From: Gemmatimonadales bacterium
GTDB taxonomy: Bacteria; Gemmatimonadota; Gemmatimonadetes; Gemmatimonadales; GWC2-71-9
Assembly (NCBI GenBank): GCA_036505055.1
Contig: DASXUE010000021.1
Span: 42,467 to 106,466, forward strand
Direction: 5' to 3'
Length of the DNA stretch: 64,000 nt
Below are positions 42,604 through 53,151 of the stretch, piece by piece. The notes below the pieces were generated by a model. The model was not told the origin of the DNA, ran no database searches, and saw only the letters and a list, made by a program, of their open reading frames with translations. A program made the translations under genes and the position numbers. Numbering within the stretch: the first letter of the stretch is position 1; each line of letters opens with the position of its first letter.

Positions 42604-44430
42604 ATGCTACGCGCAATGCGCTCCAACGCGAAGTACGTCTTCTTTATTCTCGCTGGCTCATTCATCCTCTGGCTGGCGATCGGCCAGGTCATGAGCATCC
42701 TCGCGCCCAGCGCCAATGTCGTGCTGCGCGTGAACGGCCGCGAAGTCCAGATCACCGAGTACCAACAACGTCTCCAATACGCCTACGAGCAGTACCGCCG
42801 GCAGTACGGCAATGCGACGCTGAGTCGTGAGGACGAGGACGAGATCCAGAAGCAGCTGATCGATCAGATCACCAACGAGATCCTGCTGCAGCAGGAGTAC
42901 CGCCGCCTCGGCATCGGCGTGAGCGACGCGGAGGTGATCGAGGCAGCCCGCACGTCCCCGCCGCCGGAGATCACCCGCGACCCCCAGTTCCAGACCAACG
43001 GCCAGTTCGACCCCGCCAAGTGGCAGCGCTTCCTCTCGTCCGGCGCCGACCGCCAGACGCTGGCGCAGCTCGAGGCGATCTACCGCGAGCGCATTCCGCA
43101 GATCAAGCTGGCACAGTACTTGACCTCGGACGTGTACATCTCGGACGCCAAGCTCTGGCGGATCTATCGGGACCAGCACGACTCCGTGACGGTCGCGGTC
43201 CTGCCCGTGTTCGCCAGCATCGTCACCGACTCGATGCCGGTGTCCGACGCCACGCTGAGGCGCTATCTCGCGGCGCACGAAGACGAGTTCAAGCGACCGG
43301 CGGTCGCGTTTGTCCGGTTTATCGCCCAGCCGCGCCTCCCCGACCCCGCCGACACGGCGGCGGCGCGGGCCCGCGTGAACCGCATCCGCGCCGAGTTGGT
43401 GCGAGGCGCCAAGTTCGAGGACGTCGCCCGGCGGGAATCGGGCGACACGGTGAGCGGCCGGCAGGGCGGCGATCTGGGGTGGATCAAGCGCGAACAGTCG
43501 GGGTTCGACCGCCGGTTCATGGAAGCCGCGAAGGCGCTGCGGCCCGGGCAAGTGTCGGCGCCGGTGCTCAGCGACTTCGGCTACCATCTGATCCGCCTCG
43601 ACGCGGCCAGGGGCGACTCGCTGCACGTCCGGCACATTCTCGTGCCGATCGAGCTGCAGGAGCCGCACCTCGACTACGTCGAGGCCCGCGCCGACTCGAT
43701 CGAGCGGCTTGCTGCTGAGCAACCCGACGGCGCTCTGCTGGACAGCGCGGCGCGGCGGTACAACCTGCCCGTGTCTCCCTTGCATCAGGTCGTCGAGGGG
43801 CAGCCGCTCGTGCTCGGCCGCTATCGGATTCCCGATGTGAGCGTGTGGGCCTTCGAAGCCAAGGTCGGCGAATCGGGTCCGATCGTCGAAGCGGAGCCGG
43901 CCTACTATGTCTTCCGGCTCGACTCGCTCGTGCCCGGCGGCGTGCCCCCGCTCGACGTCGTGCGGGCGGAGGTGCTCCAGGCGGTGCGGCGCGAGCAGCA
44001 AGCGATCATCGCGCAGCAGCGCGCCGAATCGCTGGCGACCGCGCTGCGCGGCGTCCCCAATCTCCTCGCGGCCGGCGCGGCGCGCGGCCTGCGCGGCGAC
44101 CGCCTGGGCCCGTTCACGCGCCTGGCCCCGCCGGGTTACCTCGGGCAGCAGCCGCTCGTCGTCGGCACGGCGTTCGGGTTGCGGGTGGGAGAGCGGAGCG
44201 GCGCGATCCAAGGGGAAGCGGGGTCGTTCCTCGTCGAATCGCTGGGCCGGAAGCAGGCTGATTCGTCGGCATGGCTGGCGCAGCGCGACGCGCAGCGCGC
44301 GCAGCTGCTGACTGCCGTGCGGCAGGCCCGGATCCAGCAATGGGTCGACGGCCTGCGCGCCCGGGCGAAAATCGTGGACCGGCGCAAGGACATCTACCGG
44401 TCGCAGGCCACCGAACCCATCTCCCTCTAG
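42604..44430 (+). CDS. periplasmic chaperone/peptidyl-prolyl isomerase, PpiD/SurA-like
   Basis: ATG 42604. N-terminal TM anchor (YVFFILAGSFILWLAIG). Parvulin domain with GGDLGW...FGYHLIRLD. Confidence 0.75.
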   Translation: MLRAMRSNAKYVFFILAGSFILWLAIGQVMSILAPSANVVLRVNGREVQITEYQQRLQYAYEQYRRQYGNATLSREDEDEIQKQLIDQITNEILLQQEYRRLGIGVSDAEVIEAARTSPPPEITRDPQFQTNGQFDPAKWQRFLSSGADRQTLAQLEAIYRERIPQIKLAQYLTSDVYISDAKLWRIYRDQHDSVTVAVLPVFASIVTDSMPVSDATLRRYLAAHEDEFKRPAVAFVRFIAQPRLPDPADTAAARARVNRIRAELVRGAKFEDVARRESGDTVSGRQGGDLGWIKREQSGFDRRFMEAAKALRPGQVSAPVLSDFGYHLIRLDAARGDSLHVRHILVPIELQEPHLDYVEARADSIERLAAEQPDGALLDSAARRYNLPVSPLHQVVEGQPLVLGRYRIPDVSVWAFEAKVGESGPIVEAEPAYYVFRLDSLVPGGVPPLDVVRAEVLQAVRREQQAIIAQQRAESLATALRGVPNLLAAGAARGLRGDRLGPFTRLAPPGYLGQQPLVVGTAFGLRVGERSGAIQGEAGSFLVESLGRKQADSSAWLAQRDAQRAQLLTAVRQARIQQWVDGLRARAKIVDRRKDIYRSQATEPISL

Positions 44431-44438
44431 CGGGGGCG

Positions 44439-44651
44439 CTACTCCAGCAGGCGCTTTGGTTTCGCGTCCCGCGGCGGCTCGTTCTCGGGGAGCCGCTGGA
44501 TGCTGTCCTCCGCGTCGGAAAGGGCGCGCTTGAACTCTCGCAGCCCCTTCCCCACCGCCCGGCCCGCGTCGGGCAGGCGGTTGGCCCCGAAGACGAGCAG
44601 CACGATGAGCAGGAGAATCAGGATCTCGCTGCCGCTCAGATTGCCGAGCAT
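44439..44651 (-). CDS. tatA: twin-arginine translocase subunit TatA/E
   Basis: MLGNLSGSEILILLLIVLLVFGANRLPDAGRAVGKGLREFK. Confidence 0.85.
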   Translation of the reverse strand: MLGNLSGSEILILLLIVLLVFGANRLPDAGRAVGKGLREFKRALSDAEDSIQRLPENEPPRDAKPKRLLE

Positions 44652-44660
44652 CAGCGCCGC

Positions 44661-44882
44661 CTACTCACTCAGCCGTTTGGGGCCGGCGCCTGAGGTCGGG
44701 GGAGGCGGCAGGGGCTTCTCGGACGGAGGGGCGTCCGAGCTGTCGTCCTGCAGGCCCCGTCTGAACTCCCGCCAGCCTTTCCCAATCGACCCGCCGATCT
44801 CCGGAATGCGCTTCGCCCCGAAGAAGAGCACGAGGATGAGCAGGAGAATCGCGATTTCTGTGAAGCCGAGATTACCGAGCAT
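44661..44882 (-). CDS. tatA: twin-arginine translocase subunit TatA/E (tandem paralog)
   Basis: ATG 44882 gives MLGNLGFTEIAILLLILVLFFGAKRIPEIGGSIGKGWREFRR. Confidence 0.85.
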   Translation of the reverse strand: MLGNLGFTEIAILLLILVLFFGAKRIPEIGGSIGKGWREFRRGLQDDSSDAPPSEKPLPPPPTSGAGPKRLSE

Positions 44883-44893
44883 AGCAACTCCGA

Positions 44894-45166
44894 TCAGAAG
44901 AGCGATCGGGCGACGGAGTACGCGATCGCGACGCCGAGCACCGCGAGCAGCGACACATCCAACCCGATCGGCCCCAGCGTAAGGGACACCACCAGCAGGT
45001 CCACGTGCACCGGCCCCAGGGTCGGCGCCACGGACCACGTGAAAATCTCCTTGGCCGGTCCCTGCGGCAGGAAACGCCGCAGGAACGCGTTCAGGAGCCC
45101 GCCCAGCACGAACCCGGCGGCGAGCACGCCGAAGTAGAACAGGGGACGGCGCGGGCCCTGGGCCAC
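44894..45166 (-). CDS. small membrane protein (DUF4321-like)
   Basis: 90 aa with two hydrophobic segments, operon-coupled. The family call is tentative. Confidence 0.5.
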   Translation of the reverse strand: MAQGPRRPLFYFGVLAAGFVLGGLLNAFLRRFLPQGPAKEIFTWSVAPTLGPVHVDLLVVSLTLGPIGLDVSLLAVLGVAIAYSVARSLF

Positions 45167-45169
45167 CTG

Positions 45170-46159
45170 TCAGCTACGCCGCTCCACGGCGTACGCGATG
45201 CTGTCCCGCAGGGCGTCCCGCGCGGCCGACGGCGGCAGCCCCTCGAGCTCCGCCTCCGCCTGCTGGGCGAGCTCCAGGGCCCGTTGCCGTGCCGTCTCGA
45301 GCCCTCCCGCGGTGTCCACCAGACGGATGACCTCCGCCACCAGCTCGTCGGGCGGCTCTGCCGCGTCCATCAGTCGGGCGACGGCGCGCCGGTCCTCCGG
45401 GGGCATGCGCGCCAGGGCCGCGATCAGCGGCAGCGTCACCTTGTGCTCCCGCAGATCCAACCCCGACGGTTTGCCCGTGACGGCTTCCGTCTGCGTGTAG
45501 TCCAGCAGGTCGTCGGTGATCTGGAACGCCATGCCCAGGAGCATCCCGAAGCGAGCCAGCGCCTTTCGGTGCCCCGGCGCCGCCCCGAGGGCGCCCACTT
45601 CGCACGCGCCGGACAAGAGGGACGCCGTCTTGGCGCGAATCAGCTGGTCGTAGGCCGCTTCGCCGTATGACAGCTTGTCGTGCGCCTCGAGCTGCCGCAT
45701 CTCGCCGACGGTCATCTCGTTCGTCACGCGCGCCAGCACGCGCAGCGGCTCCGGGTCGTCGAGCTTCACCAGCTCGATGATGGCCCGCGAGTAGAGGTAG
45801 TCGCCCATGATCACGGCGATCTGGTGCGAGAACAGCGCATTGATCGTCGGCAGGCCGCGCCGCAGCACGGAGTGATCCACGGAATCGTCGTGCACCAGCG
45901 TCGCCAGGTGGATCAGCTCCACCACGGCGGCCAAGGTCACGGCGCGGGGATCGCTCCCGCCCGCCGCCCGGTGGGAGAGCAGCAGCAACGTCGGGCGGAA
46001 CAGCTTCCCCTTCATCGTCAGCAGATGCTCGTTCACGTCGCTGATGATGGGGAAGTCGGCCGCGATGATGCGGCGCAGCTCGTCGATGACGCGGTCCAGC
46101 TCCACGGCCACGGGGCGCTGCACGTCGGGCAGTGAAACGCGGGCGACCTGTTGGCTCAC
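45170..46159 (-). CDS. long-chain polyprenyl diphosphate synthase
   Basis: Two Asp-rich motifs (LVHDDSVD and ITDDLLD). 329 aa. Confidence 0.9.
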   Translation of the reverse strand: MSQQVARVSLPDVQRPVAVELDRVIDELRRIIAADFPIISDVNEHLLTMKGKLFRPTLLLLSHRAAGGSDPRAVTLAAVVELIHLATLVHDDSVDHSVLRRGLPTINALFSHQIAVIMGDYLYSRAIIELVKLDDPEPLRVLARVTNEMTVGEMRQLEAHDKLSYGEAAYDQLIRAKTASLLSGACEVGALGAAPGHRKALARFGMLLGMAFQITDDLLDYTQTEAVTGKPSGLDLREHKVTLPLIAALARMPPEDRRAVARLMDAAEPPDELVAEVIRLVDTAGGLETARQRALELAQQAEAELEGLPPSAARDALRDSIAYAVERRS

Positions 46160-46160
46160 G

Positions 46161-48668
46161 TCACCGCGCCTTGGCGAGCGCCTTCACGCGCTCGCCCACG
46201 TCCAAGAAGCGGATTTCGACGGCGAACACCCGCCCGTATAGATCGCGCGCATCCACCTTCTTCCCCTGTTCCTCGAGCGCCCGCGCCAGCCAGTACAGCA
46301 CGCCGAGCCGCTCCTGATCCCCGGACGCGGGCAGGTCCAGCCCGCGGCGCAGGATCGACTCGGCGACGCCGTAGGCGCCCTTGTCGAAGAAGCAGACCCC
46401 GAGCAGCTCGGACGTCCGCAGCTTGCCCTCGGGAGCGCGCAGCGCCTTCTGGAACTCCGCGATCGCTTCGTCGAGGAGACCCATTTCCTTGAACGCCACG
46501 CCCAGATCGTAGTGCGACTGGAAGTCCGCCTCGTCGATGTTCTCGTCGATGCCCTGCTTGAACCGGGCCAGCATGTCGTGAAAGTCCTTCTCCTCGTCGC
46601 CGGTCGGCTCCTCGTCGGCGACCGTCATGCGGCTGTCTTTGGCGGGCGTGTCATCCTCCATCATCATCGACCCGAGATCGATGAAGTTTCCGCCCAGGTC
46701 GGCCTCGTCACGCACTTTCATCTTTGCGTCCTTGGCCTTGGTCTTCCCTTCCTTCGGCGGCTCCGCGGACGCCGGCGCGAGCATCGCGAGCGCCGCTTTG
46801 GCCCGCTCGTTCCGCGGATCGTGCTCGGCGCAGCGAAGGTATACGGCGCGCGCCTTCTCCGGCAGGTCGGTGCGCAGTAGCGTGTCGGCGAGCTCGAGGT
46901 ACGCGTCGACAAGCTTGCTCTTGTCCCCGGCCTTGAACGAAAACTCCACCGTCTTCTGGCGGTGCCGCACGCTGTTCGGATCGAGCCGTAAGATCTCGTC
47001 CACCAGATCCTGCGCCTGCTGCAAGTTGCCGGCGTTCTCGTAGCCCGTCGTGGCGAGGTCGAGCTCCTCGATCCCGCGATCCCGGTCGCCCCCCTCGATC
47101 AAGGCTTCCCCGAGCGCCTGGTGCGCCTCCGGATCGTCGGGGTTGTCCGCCACCCGCGACTCCAGCTCGTCGATCGACGCCGCGGCGGGGGCCGCTTCGA
47201 TATTCCCGAAAACGAGCGACCCGGACTGGTCGCCCTGATTCATGATGCCGTCGAGCCCCAGATCGATGAACCCCGACTTGCGGCCCACGGAGATCGACGT
47301 GTCGTCGTCCGTCGTGATAAAGCTGGGGTGCGCGTGCCCCTCCTCGATCGCGAGCGGCTCGTCGTCGACGTCGTGACCCGCGTCGGTCGTCGCCGTCTCG
47401 AAATCGGGTTCCAACTCGAGCGGCGGCACCTCGACCACCGTCTTCCGCTTCTCGGGTGGAGGCGCGGGCGTGGGCGCCGACGGACGCTTCGGCACCACCG
47501 GCTTGACCTTCGGCGGCTCGGCTGCGGGGGCCGCCGGCCGTCCCAGCGGCTTGAGCGTGGGCGGCCCCGCCTTCGCCGCAGCCGGCGCTTGCTTCGGCGG
47601 CGCCGGCGGCGGCGGCGGTGTCTTCCGGAGCGGCGGTGGAGGTGCGCGACGGGGAGGCGGTGGCGGCTCGTCGTCGAGGTCGAGGTTGCCGTCCAGAACG
47701 AGGTCGGCCTCCTCGAGGGCGTCCGCCTCCTCCGCGTCGGCCGCAGTGGGCTCGAGCTCGCTCATGGGCTCGAGATCCAGATCCGCGGGATTCAGCTCCT
47801 CGCGGATCGACGGCGTGCGGGTCGCGCCCGCCCGCACCTCGCCGAAGTCGGCGTGCGTCGTCTCCAACCCCTCGAGCATCCCACCGCCCGGCTGCGCGGC
47901 GTCTTCGGACAGGCTCGTGGTCTCGATCTCCAGCGACTCGTCGGGCTCGGGCTCCGGCGCCGGCGCGCGGAGGGGGGGGGAGGGGGCCGCCCTGGAGAGT
48001 GGCGGCGCGGGCGCGATGCTCGACTTTCCGCCTTTGGGCGACGCTGGCGCGTTGACATCGAGGAACACGAGGCTCGACGTCTTGCGCTTCCCCGACTTGG
48101 AGAGATCGTCTGCCGCTGGGGGTTTCGCGGCGGGTGGGACGTTCGCGCGCACCGACGACCGCCGCCCCGGGTCGCCGTACATCTTGAGGTGCTCGTACAG
48201 GATCTCGCGGAGGTTCTCGCTCTCGGGCGAGATATCGGTGAACTCCTTCAGCGCCGCGAACGCCAGCTCGATTTTCCCGGCCTTCTGCATCCGCTCGGCG
48301 TACTGCACGAAGTTGTGTTGCGCCTCGGCCATGAAGCCCTTCGCGGCGTACAGCTTCGCGAGCTTTAAGTACGTCGCTTGCCGCGCCGGCGCGTTGCGCA
48401 CCACCTTGTTGCACATCGCGATGGCGTTGTTGTGAAAGCCGAGCTCGGCATACTTGTCCACCGCGCGGTCGTAATAATCCGCCGCCTCGGCGGGGTCCTT
48501 CAGCTTGATGTAGAGGTCACCGATGCGGTTGTAGATCGCGAGGTCGGGGTTCGCTTCCCCCTCGGATTCCTGCACCTTGAGCGCGTCGATCCAAGTGTCG
48601 ATGGCCTTTTTGGGGTCCCGGGCCTCCAGGCCCTTGGCCCTGTCTTTCAGCTGCTCAAGTTTGGACAT
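46161..48668 (-). CDS. TPR-repeat protein with ~350-aa Pro-rich disordered centre
   Basis: ATG 48668. TPR-like helices at both ends and a central PPPPxP-rich region. Confidence 0.7.
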   Translation of the reverse strand: MSKLEQLKDRAKGLEARDPKKAIDTWIDALKVQESEGEANPDLAIYNRIGDLYIKLKDPAEAADYYDRAVDKYAELGFHNNAIAMCNKVVRNAPARQATYLKLAKLYAAKGFMAEAQHNFVQYAERMQKAGKIELAFAALKEFTDISPESENLREILYEHLKMYGDPGRRSSVRANVPPAAKPPAADDLSKSGKRKTSSLVFLDVNAPASPKGGKSSIAPAPPLSRAAPSPPLRAPAPEPEPDESLEIETTSLSEDAAQPGGGMLEGLETTHADFGEVRAGATRTPSIREELNPADLDLEPMSELEPTAADAEEADALEEADLVLDGNLDLDDEPPPPPRRAPPPPLRKTPPPPPAPPKQAPAAAKAGPPTLKPLGRPAAPAAEPPKVKPVVPKRPSAPTPAPPPEKRKTVVEVPPLELEPDFETATTDAGHDVDDEPLAIEEGHAHPSFITTDDDTSISVGRKSGFIDLGLDGIMNQGDQSGSLVFGNIEAAPAAASIDELESRVADNPDDPEAHQALGEALIEGGDRDRGIEELDLATTGYENAGNLQQAQDLVDEILRLDPNSVRHRQKTVEFSFKAGDKSKLVDAYLELADTLLRTDLPEKARAVYLRCAEHDPRNERAKAALAMLAPASAEPPKEGKTKAKDAKMKVRDEADLGGNFIDLGSMMMEDDTPAKDSRMTVADEEPTGDEEKDFHDMLARFKQGIDENIDEADFQSHYDLGVAFKEMGLLDEAIAEFQKALRAPEGKLRTSELLGVCFFDKGAYGVAESILRRGLDLPASGDQERLGVLYWLARALEEQGKKVDARDLYGRVFAVEIRFLDVGERVKALAKAR

Positions 48669-48674
48669 GGCCTT

Positions 48675-49889
48675 CTAAGATACCGGGACGGGAAGTTCGC
48701 GACAAGCCGAACCCCCTGTCCAGACGGCGCTTACGACGTTCGCACCCATCCAATACGCCACTTCCCGCCAGTCGTCCACCCGGGCAATCACGAGGTCCGC
48801 CGCGAACCCGGGGGCCAGCTGGCCACGCTCCCCAGCCAGTCCGAGCGCCGCGGCGGCATTCACGGTGACCGCCGTCAGCGTTTCCGTGTGACGCATGCCC
48901 AATTGGGAGACGCCGAGCGCCATCACGAGCGGCAGGCTCACGGTGGGTGAGGATCCCGGGTTGAAATCTGTGGCCAACGCTACCGCCGCTCCCGCCTCGA
49001 TCAACCGCCGCGCGGGGGCCTGCGTGCGCTTGCCGAGAAACAGCATCGTCGCGGGGAGGAGGACCGCCACCGTCCCGCTCGCCGCGAGCGCGCGGATCCC
49101 GGTCTCCGAGACGCCGCCGAGGTGATCGGCCGATAGGGCGTCGATCTCCGCCGCGAGCTCCGCGCCGCCCGATCCCTCGAGCTCGTCGGCGTGGAGCTTC
49201 AGGCCGAGCCCATGCCGCTGCGCCGCCCCGAGGATCGCGCGGCTCTCGGCCGGGCTGAAGACCCCCGGCTCGCAAAAGACGTCACAGCAGCGCGCCAACC
49301 CCTCGCGCGCCACGGCGGGAATCATCGCCTCGGAGACCAGCCGCACGTACCCGGCCCGGTCGCCCCGATACTCAGGCGGCACCTCGTGCGCGCCGAGGAA
49401 CGTGGGCACGAGCCTGGCGGGCTGCGCCGCGGCCACGCGCCGGATCACGCGCAGCTGCTTGAGCTCCGTTTCGAGGTCGAGGCCGTACCCCGACTTCACT
49501 TCGATGGTGGTGCTGCCCTGCGCGAGCAGGGTCGCCAGGCGCGTGCGGGTCACCGTCTCCAGCTCCACCTCGCTGCGCGCCCGCACGTCGCGCACCGACT
49601 GGAGGATCCCACCGCCCGCCGCCGCGATGGCCTTGTAATCCTCCCCCAGTGCGCGGCGCTGGTGATCGTCGAGCCTCGGCGCGCCGAATACCGCGTGGGT
49701 GTGACAGTCGATGAAGCCGGGCAGCACGACGCCGCTGACCTCGACCGTGCGGTCGGCGGCGGGGGCGTCGGCGCGCGGACCCACCCACGCGATCCGCTCG
49801 CCGTCGATGAGCACGGCGGCGTCGGTCAGGACCTCGACCTCGCGCATCTCGGCGCCGCGACGGGCGCGCGCCGGCCCCCGGCAGGTCAC
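48675..49889 (-). CDS. hutI: imidazolonepropionase
   Basis: GFIDCHTH metal-binding motif within the hut operon. The start is uncertain (GTG 49889 or ATG 49847). Confidence 0.9.
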   Translation of the reverse strand: MTCRGPARARRGAEMREVEVLTDAAVLIDGERIAWVGPRADAPAADRTVEVSGVVLPGFIDCHTHAVFGAPRLDDHQRRALGEDYKAIAAAGGGILQSVRDVRARSEVELETVTRTRLATLLAQGSTTIEVKSGYGLDLETELKQLRVIRRVAAAQPARLVPTFLGAHEVPPEYRGDRAGYVRLVSEAMIPAVAREGLARCCDVFCEPGVFSPAESRAILGAAQRHGLGLKLHADELEGSGGAELAAEIDALSADHLGGVSETGIRALAASGTVAVLLPATMLFLGKRTQAPARRLIEAGAAVALATDFNPGSSPTVSLPLVMALGVSQLGMRHTETLTAVTVNAAAALGLAGERGQLAPGFAADLVIARVDDWREVAYWMGANVVSAVWTGGSACRELPVPVS

Positions 49890-49918
49890 GACCTGCCGCG
49901 CGCCCGCCAGCAGCGTCT

Positions 49919-51583
49919 TCAGTCGAGTGCCTCGCGCATCGGCAGCCGGATCCCATGCCGGCGGGCGGTCTCGAGGGCCTCCGGGTAGCCCGCGTCCGCG
50001 TGCCGCGCGACGCCGATGCCAGGATCATTGGTGAGCACGCGCTGGAGCCGCCGCTCGGCGGCCGCCGTCCCGTCCGCGACGATCACCTGCCCCGCGTGCA
50101 AGGAGTTACCGATCCCCACACCCCCGCCGTGGTGGAACGAGACCCACGAGGCTCCGGAGGCCGTGTTCAGCAGGGCATTCAGGATCGCCCAGTCGGCGAT
50201 GGCATCCGAGCCATCGCGCATTCCCTCGGTCTCCCGGAACGGGGAGGCGACGGACCCTGTGTCGAGGTGGTCGCGGCCGATCACGATCGGCGCCGACACC
50301 TCCCCTCGTTTCACCAGCTCGTTGAGCGCGACGCCGAACCGGGCGCGTTCCCCCTGCCCCAACCAGCAGATGCGCGCGGGCAGGCCCTGAAACGCGACCC
50401 GCTCCCGGGCCAGCGTGATCCAGCGCGCCAGGTGTGCGTTGTCGGGAAAGAGATCGAGAACGAGTTGGTCGGTGCGGTGCAAGTCCTTCGCGTCGCCCGA
50501 CAGCGCCACCCAGCGGAACGGCCCTTTGCCTTCGCAGAAGAGCGGCCGAATGTATTCGGGCACAAAGCCGGGGATCGCGAACGCGTCGGTGACCCCCGCG
50601 TCTCGCGCCTCGGTACGGAGATTATTGCCGTAGTCGAACGTGACGGCGCCGGCGTGCTGCAGCGCGAGCATGGCGCGCACGTGCGCCGCGATGCTCTCGC
50701 GCGCGCGGCGGACGTACTCGTCGGGGGCGCGGCGCCGCAGCTCCAGCGCCCCCTCCGGAGAGACGCCGGCGGGGACGTAGCCGTTCAACGGGTCGTGCGC
50801 GGACGTCTGGTCGGTCAGCACGTCGGGCGTGAATCCGCGCCGTGCGAGGTCGGGCAGAACGACGGCACAGTTGCCCACCAGTCCGACCGACAGCGCCGTC
50901 CCACTCCGCTTCGCGTCCTCACACCAGGCCAGCGCCTGGTCCACGGAATCGGTGGACCGGTCCAGGTAGCGGGTGTCGAGGCGCCGCTGGACCCGCGCCG
51001 GATCCACCTCGACCGCCAGGCACACGCCCCCCTGCATGGTGGCGGCGAGGGGCTGAGCGCCGCCCATACCGCCCAACCCACCCGTCAACAGGATCCGGCC
51101 ACGGAGAGATCCTCCAAAATGCCGTGATGCGACGGACCCTAGCGTCTCATACGTGCCTTGCAGAATTCCTTGGGTGCCGATGTAGATCCAGGAGCCGGCC
51201 GTCATCTGACCGAACATGATCAGACCGCGGCGCTCGAGGTCGCGAAACACCTCCCACGTGGCGAAGCGGCCGACGAGGTTGGCATTGGCGATCAGCACGC
51301 GCGGCGCGTCGGGATGCGTCGTGAAGACCCCGACCGGCTTGCCCGACTGCACCAGCAACGTTTCGTCGTCCCCCAACGCGCGGAGCGTGCGGCAGATCGC
51401 GTCGAACGACGCCCAGTCGCGCGCCGCCTTCCCCGTCCCGCCGTACACGACCAGGTCCTGGGGCCGCTCGGCGACGTCGGGATCGAGGTTGTTCATCAAC
51501 ATCCGCAGGGCGGCCTCCTGGATCCAGCCCTTGCAGGACTTGGCGCTGCCGCGGGGCGCTCGGACGGTGCGGGGACCCGTCAC
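49919..51583 (-). CDS. hutU: urocanate hydratase
   Basis: Full-length urocanase similarity ([13 protein letters not shown]...). GTGA overlap with hutH. Confidence 0.95.
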   Translation of the reverse strand: MTGPRTVRAPRGSAKSCKGWIQEAALRMLMNNLDPDVAERPQDLVVYGGTGKAARDWASFDAICRTLRALGDDETLLVQSGKPVGVFTTHPDAPRVLIANANLVGRFATWEVFRDLERRGLIMFGQMTAGSWIYIGTQGILQGTYETLGSVASRHFGGSLRGRILLTGGLGGMGGAQPLAATMQGGVCLAVEVDPARVQRRLDTRYLDRSTDSVDQALAWCEDAKRSGTALSVGLVGNCAVVLPDLARRGFTPDVLTDQTSAHDPLNGYVPAGVSPEGALELRRRAPDEYVRRARESIAAHVRAMLALQHAGAVTFDYGNNLRTEARDAGVTDAFAIPGFVPEYIRPLFCEGKGPFRWVALSGDAKDLHRTDQLVLDLFPDNAHLARWITLARERVAFQGLPARICWLGQGERARFGVALNELVKRGEVSAPIVIGRDHLDTGSVASPFRETEGMRDGSDAIADWAILNALLNTASGASWVSFHHGGGVGIGNSLHAGQVIVADGTAAAERRLQRVLTNDPGIGVARHADAGYPEALETARRHGIRLPMREALD

Positions 51584-53055
51584 GGCTCGAATCGCCCTTC
51601 GCGAATGGCGGCGGCGACGCGCTCGATGTCCGCGGTGAAGGACCGGTCGCCCGTGAGGGCGGCCGCCTCACGCCGCACCGCGGCGTGGAGCCGCTCGACG
51701 CCGTGCCCGGCTTTCATCGGGCGCAGGTACTCGAGGCCCTGCGCGGCAGCGAGGAGCTCGATTGCCACGATCCGCTCGCTGTTGGCGAGGATGCGTCCGG
51801 CTTTCCACGCCGCGCTCATCCCCATCGGCACGACGTCCTCCTGATTGCCTTCCGTCGGCACCGACTGCACGCTGGCCGGCGTCGCGAGCACCCGGCAGTC
51901 GGCCACGAGCGCCGCGGCCGCGATCTGCGGCGTCATGAATCCCGACTCGAGCCCCGGCTCCCGCGCCAGGAACGCGGGCAGCCCCGACGAGAGATCCGGA
52001 TTCACGACCCGCTCCAGGCGCCGCTCCGCCAGCCCCGCGAGCGTGGCCAGCGCGATCGCGACGACGTCGAGCGCCAGCGCGATCGGCTGGCCGTGGAAGT
52101 TGCCCCCGGACAGAACGTCGGCCCCGAACACCAGCGGATTGTCCGTAGCGGCGTTCAGCTCCGTGACGACGAGCCGCTCGGCGAACGCCAACCCCTCGCC
52201 CACCGCGCCCAGTACCTGGGGCGTGCAGCGCAGCGAGTAGGCATCCTGCACTCGCGGGTCGTTCTCGCGGTGCGACTCACGGATCTCGCTGCCGGCAAGG
52301 CAGTCGCGCAGCAGTGCCGCCGATCGCTGCTGCTGGGGATGCGGCCGCGCGTCGTGGATGCGGGCGTCGAAGGGATCGGGAGACCCGCGCACCGCCTCGA
52401 GGCTCATGGCCGCCGCGCCGTGCGCCGCCCGCCACAGCGTCCACGCGTCGTGAATGAGGAGCGCGGCCAGTCCGGTTTGGGCCTGGGTCCCGTTCACGAA
52501 CGCCAGCCCCTCCTTCGCCTCGAGGACGAGCGGGCGCAGCCCGGCGGCCACGAGGGCCCGCCCGTCCTCGCCTTCGCCGACCATCGCCAGCGCGAGATGC
52601 GACAGCGGGGCCAAGTCCCCCGACGCACCGACACTTCCCTGGGACGGCACACGCGGATGGAGCTGCTTGTTGAGCATGTCGACGAGCAGCTCGGGCAGAG
52701 CGGGCCGCACGCCGCTCGTGCCGCGCACGAGCACGTTGGCCCGCAGCAGCATCATCGCCCGCACCGCCTCAGCGGGCAGCGGATCGCCCACACCGGACGC
52801 GTGACTGCGGATCAGGTTGAGCTGGAGCTGGCGCGCCTGCCCGGGCGGGATGCTCACGTGGGCGAGCTTCCCGAACCCCGTATTGACGCCGTAGATCGTC
52901 TTGCCCGCGGAGGCCGCTTCTTCGACGGCGCGGCGCGAGGCCGCGACGGCTTTCAGGGCCTCGGGATCGAGGGTGACCGCCGCGTTCCCGCGCGCGACGG
53001 CGACGACGTCGGGAATGGAGAGGGAATGGCCATCGAGCGTGACGGACGTTGGCAT
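51580..53055 (-). CDS. hutH: histidine ammonia-lyase
   Basis: [12 protein letters not shown]-forming motif. ATG 53055. Confidence 0.95.
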   Translation of the reverse strand: MPTSVTLDGHSLSIPDVVAVARGNAAVTLDPEALKAVAASRRAVEEAASAGKTIYGVNTGFGKLAHVSIPPGQARQLQLNLIRSHASGVGDPLPAEAVRAMMLLRANVLVRGTSGVRPALPELLVDMLNKQLHPRVPSQGSVGASGDLAPLSHLALAMVGEGEDGRALVAAGLRPLVLEAKEGLAFVNGTQAQTGLAALLIHDAWTLWRAAHGAAAMSLEAVRGSPDPFDARIHDARPHPQQQRSAALLRDCLAGSEIRESHRENDPRVQDAYSLRCTPQVLGAVGEGLAFAERLVVTELNAATDNPLVFGADVLSGGNFHGQPIALALDVVAIALATLAGLAERRLERVVNPDLSSGLPAFLAREPGLESGFMTPQIAAAALVADCRVLATPASVQSVPTEGNQEDVVPMGMSAAWKAGRILANSERIVAIELLAAAQGLEYLRPMKAGHGVERLHAAVRREAAALTGDRSFTADIERVAAAIREGRFEP

Positions 53056-53093
53056 GGCGCAGGGAAACTACGCATCGAACCGTCCCAACGCAC

Positions 53094-53122
53094 GTAGGGG
53101 CGCAGCATTGCTGCGCCCCTAC
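53094..53122 (-). terminator. 13-bp GC-rich perfect hairpin between the FN3 lipoprotein gene and hutH (no U-tract)
   Basis: gtaggggcgcagc att gctgcgcccctac. Confidence 0.45.
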
Positions 53123-53146
53123 GGCGTCTTGGCGTCTTAGCGTCTT
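53123..53146. repeat. orphan (GGCGTCTT)3 octamer array
   Basis: ggcgtctt ggcgtctt agcgtctt, directly abutting the hairpin. Confidence 0.85.
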
Positions 53147-53151
53147 GCTCG

